Shown here one piece after another: positions 26,126 through 38,800 of a DNA stretch of 64,000 nucleotides. The notes beneath the pieces were generated by a model. The model was not told the origin of the DNA, made no database searches, and worked only from the letters and a program-made list of their open reading frames with translations. This stretch comes from Macrostomum hystrix. Its lineage: Eukaryota; Animalia; Platyhelminthes. The translations under genes were made by a program, and so were the position numbers. The first letter of the stretch is position 1; each line of letters begins with the position of its first letter. The stretch is taken from assembly GCA_950097015.1 (NCBI GenBank), contig CATNEN010000030.1, positions 4,650,001-4,714,000 on the forward strand, in the 5' to 3' direction.

Positions 26126-28691
26126 AAGTTAAAATTTAAATAACAAAAAGTTCAGCTACTTGATGTAGTAGTAGGCCTAGCAAAGCGATACCATTTTGTA
26201 TAAGTATGCCCTAGGCTTAGCCTTAGGTATAGCAAAAATTATATTGCCCATAGGCCATGATATTAGAATGATAATGACAATAAAGAGAACAGAGCCTGTT
26301 TAACAGACCAACTGTTATTCCAATAATATTGGTTGAGTGCTAGAATGGCAATAATATTTCTATTTTACTATTTTACTTTTGAATTTGTACTTCTGGGCTA
26401 CATAATAACCTGTTGCCACATGCAGGGGCCTTGAGTCCCTTGACCCATTCGATTAGCAATCACAGTCAGTTAAAAATTGCATAAATAAAACAAAAAATCC
26501 TAAGAAGTAACTTAAATTTAAAATGTATTAGGTAAAAATAAAATAATTAGTTTCTAGGCTAGTTTTTCAGCAATAAATTTTTTATGTATTGTTAACATTA
26601 AATTCACACTTTTTCTTGTTAAGTAGATGACTGGTTTATTTAGCAGGCAACCCTAAGGGTACTGCCCCTTAAACGCCGACAAAAAACCCACAAAGAAATA
26701 ACTATAAAAGATGCATCTAACAAACATAGAGCATTGGTTTATTGTATTATAATTCTGAACAAAATATACTCTGCAGTTTTCTTCCCTAGTATTGCCCCAA
26801 TCCCCTAAGAATCCCCTAGTGGCCCCCTAGGATTTTTGGCCCCCAGTGAGTTTAGTATACATTTTAATCATTTTTAAGATAATATTGATAATAATGATTG
26901 ATTATATAAATCTTGCCACAATTGGGCAGCATGTATAGCCATTAGCATAACTGCAGCTATTGCACAATGCATCTAAATAGGCCCCCTATGGCTATTCAGT
27001 CCATGTGGGCTTCCTGATCTTTAATCCTATAAAAGTGTTCTAGGTTTAGTAAAATACAATATGTAAACAATTTTGTCTTGCCTTTGTCTTTGCAAAATAT
27101 ATGTTAACACATCTTTTACAAACTACAATTATCAGTTTTGTCCTGATGTACCTGTTTCTGCATGCCACACTGGCACATAAATCAAATTTTCTCCATTTTC
27201 CTTCTGGTGTTTACCGGATATGATCTAGATGCTTGAAAAAAATTTTGTTGAAAATATTTTTATCATTAAAAACCATATACTTAAATTCTATTCTAAATAA
27301 AAAATCCGTCTGAATATTTGGCTCGATCACTGTACAAGACTAGGGAATCACTCAGTGGTTTTAGGTTGCAGTGGAGTATTTTGTTCATGGGAGAAAAATT
27401 GAACTTCAATAGTGGCATATGAACCAATTAAATAAAAATCTTATTTATAGTGTGGGCCTAAAGGCTTTTGTGGGTTTAACCACAAAAATAATATAAATAG
27501 TATTTAGGAATCAAAGGCCCTGTCTAATAGCTTAGACGACAATTTATGAAATGAAAAAAGAGGTAAAGAGAGCAATAGTTTGTTTATTACCTAAATGGTT
27601 TATTATTGGTGTTGTATCTTTAAAATATACTTAAAGCACCAGCTCGACGATTATGTGAGCCAAGTACAAATTTGTTAGTTTTTTGGACTAACTGACAATT
27701 ACAAAAATACATGATATTACATTTTTAAAGGATGCTTAGGATGTTTATAATAAAAAGTTGGTTAAGAAGATCTAAAGCTAGAATTAAAGTTTTGGGTTAA
27801 GAATAACTTTGTATGTTTTTTTAAATGACTTAAACAATAATTTAACTTGTGCAAATGCTGTACATTTTTATTGGGAAAATGACTCTTGCATTGTGTTTCG
27901 TGTGGGTATGTAAATTTAGGGTTCCTGTACGGACAAACAAAAAATAGTATTTTTCAATGCCATATTATTTCTTTGCAGCATTTTGGAATGAATATTTTTG
28001 TGTATATATACATAAACTAAGTGAAATTTCTTGATGCCCAAAATTTGGAATCTGTCTATGTAGATGCAAAATGAAAAAATCAATTGCTATAATAAAAGTA
28101 GTGAAGGTATTTGTTAATTTTCATGCTCAAAATCACAATAGATAATTGTCTAGCTTGAACCAAAGTAAAATATTTACAGACTTTAACTTACAAATATGCC
28201 CATTATTTATTAAAAATATGCTTTTGAGGAAATCAAAGGAACATATTTTATCATTACATTAAGCTAAACTTGGCTATAAAATTTCAGCATATTTTTTGCA
28301 CTTTGTGTAGTGCTAGTGTGGTTACATAAAGTTCATTTTGTGCTAAAATATCATAACTTTTGTCAAATTGTCAAATGTTATTGAATATATTTCCATTCCA
28401 TGCACTTCTATTTGTATATGGACAATATAGAACTACAGTACTGATGTGGAACTAGTTAAATTATGTGGAAGTGCAGTATTTTTTTCCTTTTTGAGTACAA
28501 AATAAAAGATAAAGACTTAAAATATGAACAGGAATTGTTATCAGTAAAAGTGTTTGCCAAATCAATACTAAATACAATTTCAATTCTTAGATGAAGCTAT
28601 CATAATTAGAGTATATTAATGAAAGTTTAATCAAAGGGATAAATCTGGTTTATAATTTCAGTTTATTCCTATGAATCCATTTAAAAGAGCT

Positions 28692-28706
28692 AATGGCGGC
28701 CATTTT
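28692..28706. promoter_or_regulatory. Overlapping YY1/Pho-like motifs at the likely hnRNP L promoter
   Basis: AATGGCGGCCATTTT (GCCATnTT-type core on both strands) at the point where CpGs reappear, about 450 bp upstream of the hnRNP L ATG. Confidence 0.35.
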
Positions 28707-29150
28707 GAAACAACCAAAAGTTACTTTTTTTTAAGTTAATTTCTTTCGTCGCAATTACTGGGAAATAGGATGTTATTAGTTAATTTGCAACTAATTTACA
28801 GTGGGTCAACTATTAGTATTCTAGCTTATTAATTTGTAGCCATCAGTTGCCTCATTTGCACATCCGAAGCATTTCTGTTGTTAGTAAAAATGTGTTGTTT
28901 TTAACTATTAGAAAAGTATTCGAGTTATTGGTGAGGCCTTTGTGATTTAGTATTTAGCGCCACCTAATCAGCTAGCCATAATTAAATCGTTGCTACAGTG
29001 CAGTGTAATTTTCATAGGATGAAATAAAACGTAAAGCAGCTAAAGTTGCTGTTGACAAGACTATTAACTCAAATTTTCTCTTTTTCAGCCCGAGGTGCAG
29101 TCAAACCACACAGATTTCAACTAGCACACTAAACACAGCATAACTTAAAT

Positions 29151-30791
29151 ATGTCCTACAGAGGCAGAGGCAGAGGCGGACGCGGCAGCAGCGGCGAGGC
29201 TTATAGAGGAGACGAGAGGTTTCCATCTGAGTCGCTTGAGCCAAGCGCTCTAGTGCACGTCAGTGACCTTCCTGAGCACACACTCGAAGCTGATTTGCTG
29301 CGCGCATTTTCTAAGTTTGGCGGCATCAAGGAAATCTGCATGCTGCCGCACAGGTCCCAGGCACTGATTGAGTTCCAGGATGTGCAGTCCGCCAATTCTG
29401 TTGTCGATTGTGCAAAGACCGAGTCGATTAGTGTTTCAGGCCGCCGAATTAAAGTGAATTATTCTACCTCGCAGCATATCGTGCATCCACGTGATGGGCA
29501 GTCTAGTGCCCTAGAGAACAAGGTGCTCTTGATCACAGTTTACAATGCACAGTATCCAATCACAGTGGATGTACTGCACCAGATTTGCTCACCACATGGT
29601 GCTGTGAACCGGATCGCCATATACCGCAAGTACAATCTGCAAGCCATGGTGGAGTTCTCGCGCCTCGAAGATGCCATCAGGGCCAAGCGAAACCTGAACG
29701 GGGCCGACATCTACTCTGGCTGCTGCACAATTAAAGTTGAGTACGCCGCTTCTCAGACACTCACGGTGACCAAGAACGACCAAGACTCCTGGGACTATGA
29801 GAATCCACAGCCTAGCAATGCTTCGTTGCTTGGCCAGCCAGATGGTAGACAGCAGTCGCTACTTCGTGAGCCCAGGGTAGGCAATGAACGCAATCCTGTT
29901 CAGCAAGCGCCAACACTAACACATCAAACTGTTCCTATCGGCTACGGTAGGCTGCAGCAGCAGTTTGGTGTTCCCACGGCGCCCGATGCCTTCCACTACG
30001 GACACCCCCATCCGCACATGCTAACAAACCCGGCTGACGCTGCAATCATGCCTGGTACGGTTGTGCTTATGATCTACGGACTAAACTGTGAGGTATTTAA
30101 TTGCCAGCGCCTTTTCAACCTGCTGTGCTTGTACGGAAATGTGGTGCGCATTAAGTTCCTGCGCAGCATGGAAGGCGCTGCGATGGTGCAGATGAGCGAC
30201 CCGCAGGCGGCTGATCGGGCTATTCAGAACTTAAATTCCGCTCGCATGTTCGGCAACAAGCTGCAGGTAGGTTACTCAAAGCAGGCAAGCCTGGCTGAGG
30301 TGGCCCGGCCGCATGACATGTCTGATAGCAGTCCGTCCTACATGGACTTTGCCAGCAGCCGCAACAACCGTTTCACATCACTCGAGCTGTCTGCCAAGAA
30401 CAAGATCTATCCACCATTTCGTGCTCTCCACTTTTGGAATTGCCCACCGCACTTTAATGACGATGACCTGCGCCAGATGTTCACCCGCTGCGGCTGCCAG
30501 GTTCCGGAGAAAATCTGGCGATTCCCTAACGCTAAGTCAGCGGAGAAGACCTCTGCCGGCCTGGTGCAGTGGACGAAGGATGTGGACGCCACGGAGGCGC
30601 TGGTGCTGGCAAACAACTGCGAAGTGCAAGCTCAAGGCCATCATTACCCCTTTGCCATTAGGCTGAGCTTTGCAGCCAAGCTTATTAACGATGGTCCCTG
30701 GCCAGCTTCTCGTGATCGCAGCCCGTTTAAGGAGGACACCCCTGGCTTTAACAAAGGCGGTGGCCGCGGCGGCAGAGGCGATGCCTACTAA
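29151..30791 (+). CDS. HNRNPL: hnRNP L / LL family RNA-binding protein (4 RRMs), intronless CDS
   Basis: 546-aa ORF with NKVLLITVYNAQYPITVDVLHQIC, QAMVEF, LNGADIYSGCCTIKVEYA, VLMIYGLN, FNLLCLYGNV, SRNNRFTS, LHFWNCP; RGG boxes at both termini; acceptor TTTTTCAG at about 29088 in the 5' UTR. Confidence 0.95.
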   Translation: MSYRGRGRGGRGSSGEAYRGDERFPSESLEPSALVHVSDLPEHTLEADLLRAFSKFGGIKEICMLPHRSQALIEFQDVQSANSVVDCAKTESISVSGRRIKVNYSTSQHIVHPRDGQSSALENKVLLITVYNAQYPITVDVLHQICSPHGAVNRIAIYRKYNLQAMVEFSRLEDAIRAKRNLNGADIYSGCCTIKVEYAASQTLTVTKNDQDSWDYENPQPSNASLLGQPDGRQQSLLREPRVGNERNPVQQAPTLTHQTVPIGYGRLQQQFGVPTAPDAFHYGHPHPHMLTNPADAAIMPGTVVLMIYGLNCEVFNCQRLFNLLCLYGNVVRIKFLRSMEGAAMVQMSDPQAADRAIQNLNSARMFGNKLQVGYSKQASLAEVARPHDMSDSSPSYMDFASSRNNRFTSLELSAKNKIYPPFRALHFWNCPPHFNDDDLRQMFTRCGCQVPEKIWRFPNAKSAEKTSAGLVQWTKDVDATEALVLANNCEVQAQGHHYPFAIRLSFAAKLINDGPWPASRDRSPFKEDTPGFNKGGGRGGRGDAY

Positions 30792-33700
30792 TTGTCATCC
30801 ATTGCTCGATCTGGCTAAAAATGGCGCAGTTCTACGTCAAAAGTATATTAACTAACGGTGGCGACCAATCAAAGTGTCAGTGACAGTTTTTGCAGGCAAG
30901 TGAGTGTCTAATATATTAGTTTTCTAACATTAAATTCCCCTTAAATCTGTAGCCAATATGTTCGCTTAGCGCATGTTCAGTCTTTATTAATTGTTTCACT
31001 TAACTATCCTTTTTGTTTCCATTTCACTTAAAATGATTCTTAGTGTGTCGAAACACGGAATAGCCTAATGGTGAACAAGTTAAACGGCACTTGGTTTACG
31101 TAACTGCAACTATCTTTTCATTCTGTTCTCATTCTCAGTTTTCTTTATTCGTTTTAGTGTAAGCTTCCGTGAAATCAATCCTGCAAGCAGGGTTCTGCTG
31201 CAGGCTCCTGGTTAAAAATGGCGAGGTAGTTCTTAAAAAGTCTAAAAATATGTGCTGCATCAATTGTCGTATTGGTTCAATATTGTTCAATAATCCATTT
31301 TATATTTCACTAAAGTTCTGTTGTTTATGCCTCTAGAATTCCCTAGCTGCTGTCTTCATCTAGGATGGGTACCTTACTGAACGAAGTACCTTAGGCCAGT
31401 TGCTTTGTTTAGGTAGTTCGCTAATACGTTCCACGAATTGCTGGCATCTTGAGAAGACGACGAAGATCACTGGCTCTGAATGCTCGCTATTTTTTGTTTC
31501 TGCTCCCTTCTACTACTCCCAATACGATTATTATTTTATAGTCTGTCTGCTTTATATAATTAGGTAAATATAAATTAATTTTTTTCAGCTAGAATAGTGT
31601 ACTCCCCATAGCAAATCGTGCCTATTTTAATGTGTTCAATATGTCCATGTTAAACCCTCCTGGTATCTGTGCATTCTTACAATACAGCCCCTACAGACAC
31701 AGCACAACAAACATAAGCAAATACATGCATGCACACTAGTACTGCCAGTAGCATATTGAAGACATTCACAACTGCAATCTACCAACTACTGTGTTAAAAC
31801 AGAATATTCGTGCTTTGTTTTTTGTCTTTATTTGTGCGTTAACTAGCGTAGGGAGTTATTCAAAATTAGTTATTAATAGTAGTTCTACTTGATAACAATA
31901 ACATAAATACGAGAACAGTACTTTCACGTGGTATAACCATAACTTCTTTTATAGCTACTTAAGTGATAGGATAATTGGATAAGATTGTAATTATTATTAG
32001 GTGCAAGTTCATATAAATTAGCTTATTTACACAATTTACAATTTAGTAATTTGTTTTTGTAGTTTTTCTCGAATCTAAAAATGTCTTTTTAACAATAGTT
32101 TCTTTCAAAACTAACGCCAGACTTTATAATTTAAAGCCAGTATTTTCATATGCACTTCTTTCTAGGCCTTCCTTAGTTTTTAAAATACTAAATTAGACTG
32201 TCACGGTTAGGTTCTGACAAGTAAGTAAGTGGGAGATGTGTGCTGGTATAGGTTATAATCTGCAAGCAAAACATCATTTACTACAACATGTAATAAACTT
32301 CCAGACTATTCACACTCCCCGATTGCAGCAAAAGCCAATTTTCAACAGATTTAGTTCAACAAATTTAGTGTTTCAATCACAATGCTTCACTAGACCTGAA
32401 GCACGCACATAATTTCACACATATCGCCAAGCTTGAAACAATAGTCAACACAGCCGCTTGTTGGTAAGTTCAGTCGTCGACTTGTCTACTCTAATTGAAT
32501 TGATAAATAGGAATAGTTATTATATACTTCTTTATTATATATTACATCAAACAATACACATAATTTGTATGCAACTTTCAATACAATCAGGTACTTCCAT
32601 GTTTATGAAGAAGCATAGATTTTTCATACCAGCAATATGTAAATCCAGGTGGTATAAAGTTATGCGGTAGGCTGTTTTCTTGAGCTGACTGCTCAATATT
32701 GAAACTGGGATAAATCTTAGATAAATATAATCGATTACATTTTTGTATGTAATATATTTAAGTTAAAAAGGTCTGATTCGCAAACTAAAGTGGAGCTAAG
32801 TGGCAAAAGTTAATTTAGTATTCGATCTTGTATACGAATCTTGACTTGCTCTCGTGAAATGGTGTAGCATTTTTAATAGCACTTAAGAGACCGATGTTCT
32901 CACAATCGGAACATCGTTACAAATCGGAGGCTGAAATCATCCTTCCTACCGAACGGGTTTGTCCTGGGTGCCCATACCCTCGTGTTTTTATTCTGATCCA
33001 GTTTTTGTATGAGTATCTAACTAGCTGAAAATAACTAATGATGCAAACTACTTCTACAATGTTATTAAATTCCAAAGAACATTTACCCACTGATCCACAA
33101 TTTTAGGAGTTGCAGTCTTTGGCGTGACGGAAGACTCGTATGTGACCGCCATCTCGCCTGACACTAGACCTACTTAAGAAATAATAGAAAGATATTTTCA
33201 ATTGGCTCAACTCTTATGAAAAATATTTTTATAGATAGATTAGGCAAACGTTTTTTGTAAAATAACCAGCCGTTTTTACTCTCGTTTATCGTCGTTTCTG
33301 GTGCATTCACAAAAAAGGTAATTTTTTCGCATTTTCTGATCCGTATCTCACCAGGATTTCGGCCGGTGTCACACGCGTTTACTAATTTTGTCAGCATTTT
33401 CGCTTTTCCGGACCTAACCTGCAGGACTTGAATTGACCAAATACGTTTTTTGTGCATCTTTATTCCTTCGCGCTGAAATTCCAATACACATAATGTCAGA
33501 CTTCAGACTTTCACGTGATGCTCGATCTGACAAAGCTTTAAGGCGACTGTGAGTTTGACGTGTACTATCTCTGTTAGCATTTATTCAGCTCATTTAAATG
33601 ATTTATTTTTATCTTTTTACCTTATTGTGACGACTACGAGTATTTATACGTAATTCCCCATCTGCACTTTACCCGCGGTATATCTGGTACGTATAATAGC

Positions 33701-34569
33701 ACTTATAGTATATTAAGGCATGTTTTTTCGCAATTTACTCATTTTTCTAGATCTATTTCTTGGATGCATATCAAAGCAGAGATAATACATAACTGTACTA
33801 GCGGAATCGTCAGTCTGTTTTCTTTTCTCTCTTCTGTGTAGGCAATTATATGTCTAATGCTGTGCAGATTTAAGACTGCAAACGGACAGCCTAGTGGGAT
33901 ATTGCTGCCAATATCTCATTCAGTATAAAAAAATCCTGCCTTGTCAATAAATAGATCTACTTGTTGTACTTGTTAATCGAATTTCGCTGAAGCTCTGGAT
34001 AAAGAGTATTTTTGCATTTTTATTACAAGCAAGTCGGCTTGCTTTCCCTGTGTCTTCGGGGCTTTACTGATCCGTGCTTAAATAAAGGAGTGCTTCTGAT
34101 TCCATGCGAATGTGTCCTTTGTACTGCTTAGTAACAGTGCTCAGCCATGATAATAAAACGATGTTGCTTCGCTTATACTCTGATTAGATATTTAAGTATT
34201 ACAGACAGGTCCTGATTATGATATAAGGCACTTTTGAACTTACGCACTTTAAAATAATCTTTGCAATAGTTAGGCTATCTTACTTCGCGATTGCGGTGCT
34301 AAGCTAAGTCTGCCAGCAAGCCACTTGAACTTCAAATGTTCAGTGGTAGTTTTAGGAAGAATTCCCATTCCCAGTTCTATTTATCTGTTGATTAACTATC
34401 GTAACTAATCTCTTGATGCTACTAAACATATTTTCAGCTGATTCAGTGACGCTCAATCAATTATCTTTGTTCCCACACTGGTGTGTATTGCCGTTTCCAG
34501 ATTTAATGGAGCGGGGTGAGTTTTTATGCTGCTGATATTATGCTGAAAATTTTTAGCTTTTAGAGTTTA

Positions 34570-35597
34570 CCCGATGAATTCTGATAGCCGCCGTGGTGGG
34601 TCATTTACGGCTCATATGAGAAGCTTGACCAGTATTTGCGCATTTTTTAGCAGTTTGGACCGTATTTAAGAAAGAGCCACCTGTGCGGGTGAAGTGTCTA
34701 AAGTGTGTAAAAAGTTGTGCAAAAGTTGCCTAACTTTTCAGCGGCTCTCGAGGCTAACGCGGCCTAAAAGTTGGTCATATGTTTTTGATGGCTCAAGTAC
34801 GTTTAAAAATTGGCTCAAGTGGGTCAAGCTGCTCAATGGCTGGTCAAGTGGCTCAAGCTGACAATGGCTGGTCAAGTGTCTCAAGTGGCTCGCACTGCTC
34901 AATGGATGCAAAAGGATTGCTAGTCCATCCCACTGGATAGAATAAACAGAATGGATTGCTAGTCCATCCCAATGGATAGAATAAACAGAATGGATTGCTA
35001 GTCCATCCCAATGGATAGAATAAACAGAATGGATTGCTAGTTCAACTCCACTGGATCCCAGTTAATAGGCCGATTGTTTTTCCATTGTGTTTACATACGT
35101 ATATATATATATCTATGACGAAATAAACGCTACGCTTAAAAAAATCACAATTTTCTAAATACCAATAATAGCAAACAAATGCATAAATATTTGTGCGACA
35201 TAACTCTTTCAAAATCTTCTTTACACTTTTAACCAACACTTTAGCCGTATTGACAACTTTTAAACAACATTTGAGACGCCACAGTCATAATTGACCAGTT
35301 TTTAAGCCATCTATAACCTACATGACCAGCTGGGGTTTCCCTGCCACCCCAACCCCAGTAATGTACGCACAACCATGCGCCAACCCCCGCCCCACGTACA
35401 CCACTCCCAACTGGCGGCTCATTGATCCGTTTTTAAGACGTTTTTGACCCGAAATCGCAGTCCGCGTTTGACATTTGGGGTTAAAAGTTGCTAAAGCGTC
35501 TCAACTCTTACCCCTCTTAAAATAGCTAACTGAGTGCTGTACTTAGCGGAGTTGAGACACTTTTGACCCACAACGGCGGCTCACTTTTTTCATCCGG
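34570..35597. mobile_element. piggyBac-like (TTAA) non-autonomous element with internal minisatellites
   Basis: Imperfect TIR CCCGATGAA...AGCCGCCGTGGTGGGTCA vs TGACCCACAACGGCGGCT...TTCATCCGG; flanks TTTA (34566-34569) and TTAA (35598-35601); no coding capacity. Confidence 0.5.
34914..35040. repeat. 39-bp tandem repeat, about 3.3 copies
   Basis: GGATTGCTAGTCCATCCCA(A/C)TGGATAGAATAAACAGAAT at 39-bp spacing; no spacers. Confidence 0.95.
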
Positions 35598-35837
35598 TTA
35601 AGCCTAGAAATTTGCGTTCGTAAACTGCAACAAAAAACCAGGGAGAAAAAGAGACGCGTTTCAGTGATGTTTGACCAGACTAGCAATTGTGGCTAACCTG
35701 TGATCTGGGATTCTAGTTTCAGACATACCAGAGATTTTATTTGCAATCCTTGCTAAAAAATCGCTTGTTACTTGCAATGTGGTTGTTATCAAACAAACTC
35801 GTTTTTGTGCTTTTCCGCACTTTAAGGAACTAAACAG

Positions 35838-38800
35838 GTCGCTTCACCTGTGGATCCAGCTTTGGTGGCTGAGGTCGGCAGTAACCTCGTGAAGCAGGCG
35901 CAGGAACTCACAGGTGGCGACCACATATTGGTTATCGATCCGAGTCTGATGAAACCGTTAGATCGAGTTACTACGGGAGTCCAGTTAAGGTATGGCTCTA
36001 GCTCTATTTTTGTCCGATTTCTTACTTGTAACGCCTTACGTTGTAAACGATTTTCGGAATTAAACAAATCAAAGAATTTGATGTTTTCCTAGTTCACCCA
36101 TATTATAATTATTGTATGATGTGGACTTGTCTGTTCGAATTCCCTATGCCTATAAAGAAGCAGCATCTAAAGAACTAGCAGACAGCAAGCTTTTAATGAT
36201 TTTTCATCAATTAGTCAATCGGCATTGTTACCTGTCAATTTCCCGCCTACATAGGCTTCCTAGTTCGCTCAGTATGTTAAGCAAAGAAATAGGGATTTCG
36301 GGTTGTTTAAGCTTGCCCACAGCACATTCGTCCGCGGACGCTTGCTCGCTGAATATTACTCACCGTGCGCGGCCTTTTGATGCTTACATTAAATGAGACA
36401 CACTTACGGGGCTCGTACATGAGAGAATCAATGTGATGATCAACACAGGTGGAACGCATGTCCTACTAGGCTTGGTTAAGCACGTGAACATGCTTGTAAA
36501 TGCATTGACTACATAGTACTTATTAGGTTTATTTATTATTTATATAAACTTATATAATATATAATATATATAATATAAAAGTATAAAAGTATATAATATA
36601 TATAATATATATATAATATATAATATATTTATATAAACATAGCTATATCAATTGCTATATAAATTTTGTTTATATTTGGTACTATATAAAAAAATAAAAG
36701 CACTAAATACTCCATCTGCTGTTAGCTATTTTTAATTCTCCAACTAGCCAGTTTTGGTCAAACTTCTAATTTGCACCTTACATCATCATGCACAGTAAAG
36801 CTATGGTCCCAGTGTGGGATCGGTGCGAAACAACACGTGGGCAAATGTGCGGTGTGCAGACGTCTGGTATGCAAACGGTGGGCAAATTGGTGATTTCCGT
36901 GCCTAATAAATAGTGAGACCTCGTGTCCAGTCCAGAAGAAGTCTAGATCCACAAAATTCAACACAGGAATCAGCAGGCTGCCGAGGTTCAAAGTTATCGG
37001 GACGGTCGGATTGAGCATCCACCTGAGTCGGCCCGCGCTCGCTACCCCCTGTTATACCTGCTGCGCCCCGACCTGCGACGTCTGCGCCAAGTGTGTAACG
37101 CCTTTAAGGCAGATGCAATCCGTGGGATTCGGCGCCTTTATCTGGTGGCTTTCGTGCCCGCAGTTCCTACCGGCGCCTATGCCCTCGCTGAGGAGGAGGG
37201 TGTATTGGGCCAGCTGTTCCGCCTGCACGACCTGCCGCTGTTACTCTTTCCATTGGATGAGGATCTTCTGTCTATGGAACTAGAAGCTGCCTTCCGTTGC
37301 CTGCAATCGGACGGTGACCGCAGCCTGCTGGCTTCAGTGGCTCGGGCCATCGTCTGCATTGAAAACGCTACTCGGCCTGCCGGCCCCGCTCCGAACTGGC
37401 ACCTTTTCGGCGAGTGTGCACACGCTGTGTTTGCCCTGTGCGAGCAACTGCGCTCTGGAATCGGTGCACCGCCTGCTGCCGCTACTCCTGCTGGTGCCAG
37501 TGCGGGATTTAGTCAGGTTTTGCCTAACATTTTTCCTTTTTAGAAGTATTTTACTCGTAGTAGAATATACCAAATAAAAATCGTTATAATTTCTTTCTCG
37601 GGATATAAAGATGTAATTAAATCTTACTTACTAGCTTTTAAAGGGCCAAATGGATTTATTATTTACGAGCATAGTATAAGGTGACGGATATTTCCGGTGT
37701 TAAAAGTTTTCATTTTCGATTAAACGCGTTTTCGTTATTGCCTTCGTTTTTATTACGTGAGTGCGTTATTAACCTTGAAATCTGCATTATGTCCTGGGTG
37801 CCTTTGGAAAGTTCTAGATCAAATATCTGACTCTATCTACTTAGATCCAATTCGCTGCTCCTAACCCTGCATGTCATATCAAAGCCCTTTATTGAGTCGC
37901 CGCCTTAACACCCAGTAACTGCCCCACCCTTAAGTGGTCCGGTTCTCTATTGTTTAATAGTAACCCTGTACTTCAGCGTTTTAAGTTCAGTGCAGAATTA
38001 CTCACTTCTCCCTCGACACAAATTGATACCACATTCTGTTTTCTGAGATACATTAAAAACAGCAAGCGCTTCATCAAACTTCAACACTTCAAACCAGCAT
38101 ACAATATTTTATTCATCAGGTTGTCATTATTAGTCGAGAAGTAGACTTGATAACTCCATTGTGTCTTCAACGTCTGTATGCTGGCTGTCTTGACGACTGC
38201 TTTCGTGTCACTAGTGGCCTATTGGTTGCACCGCGAGCACCAGCTGCTCAGCCTACTCAGCAGGGACAGCAGCAGCAGCCAGCCAGGTTGTTTGTGTCCC
38301 GGCTTGAGGACCCAGTGTTCAGGGAGTTGTCAGATCTGCATATGGCTGCTGTTCCTGATATGCTGCGCCGTGTAAGCATTCTTCGCTCACTACAGTCGTC
38401 TGTGAATTACGACTTTTAATACACCGCCGCACACATTTTAGGTAGCAAACAGCCTGACGGATTACGAACGGCAGGGCCGTTCAGCCCAGACTGTAGCTGA
38501 GATGCGCAGCTTTGTTCAGAACGATCTACGAGATTTGGCGTTTAAAAAACGCTCCCTAGCTTCGCACATCTCCTTGTGCGAGGAGGTCAACCGACGCTTC
38601 AATGGCCTAACGGAATTTTTGCACGCTGAGGAATGTATGCTAATCGGTGCTGATCCCACAGATGCCAGCATGCGACAAAGTATTGGCATGCGCAACTACT
38701 ATGCTGACTACTTCGCTGAGTGTTGCGTCAGGCGAGCCGACCCGCGCCACACTCTGCGTCTCATTTGTCTGCACTCGCTAACCTGTAGTGGCTTCTCTGT

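Noticed and set aside
23600-26850. AAAAATCCTAGGGG inverted match (about 23603 vs about 26825) as TIRs of a large element
   Set aside because: Only about 14 bp, no TSD found, and it does not coincide with the CpG-domain boundaries.
34914-35040. 39-bp repeat with internal hairpin as a CRISPR array
   Set aside because: Units are directly adjacent with no unique spacers, no cas genes, eukaryotic context.
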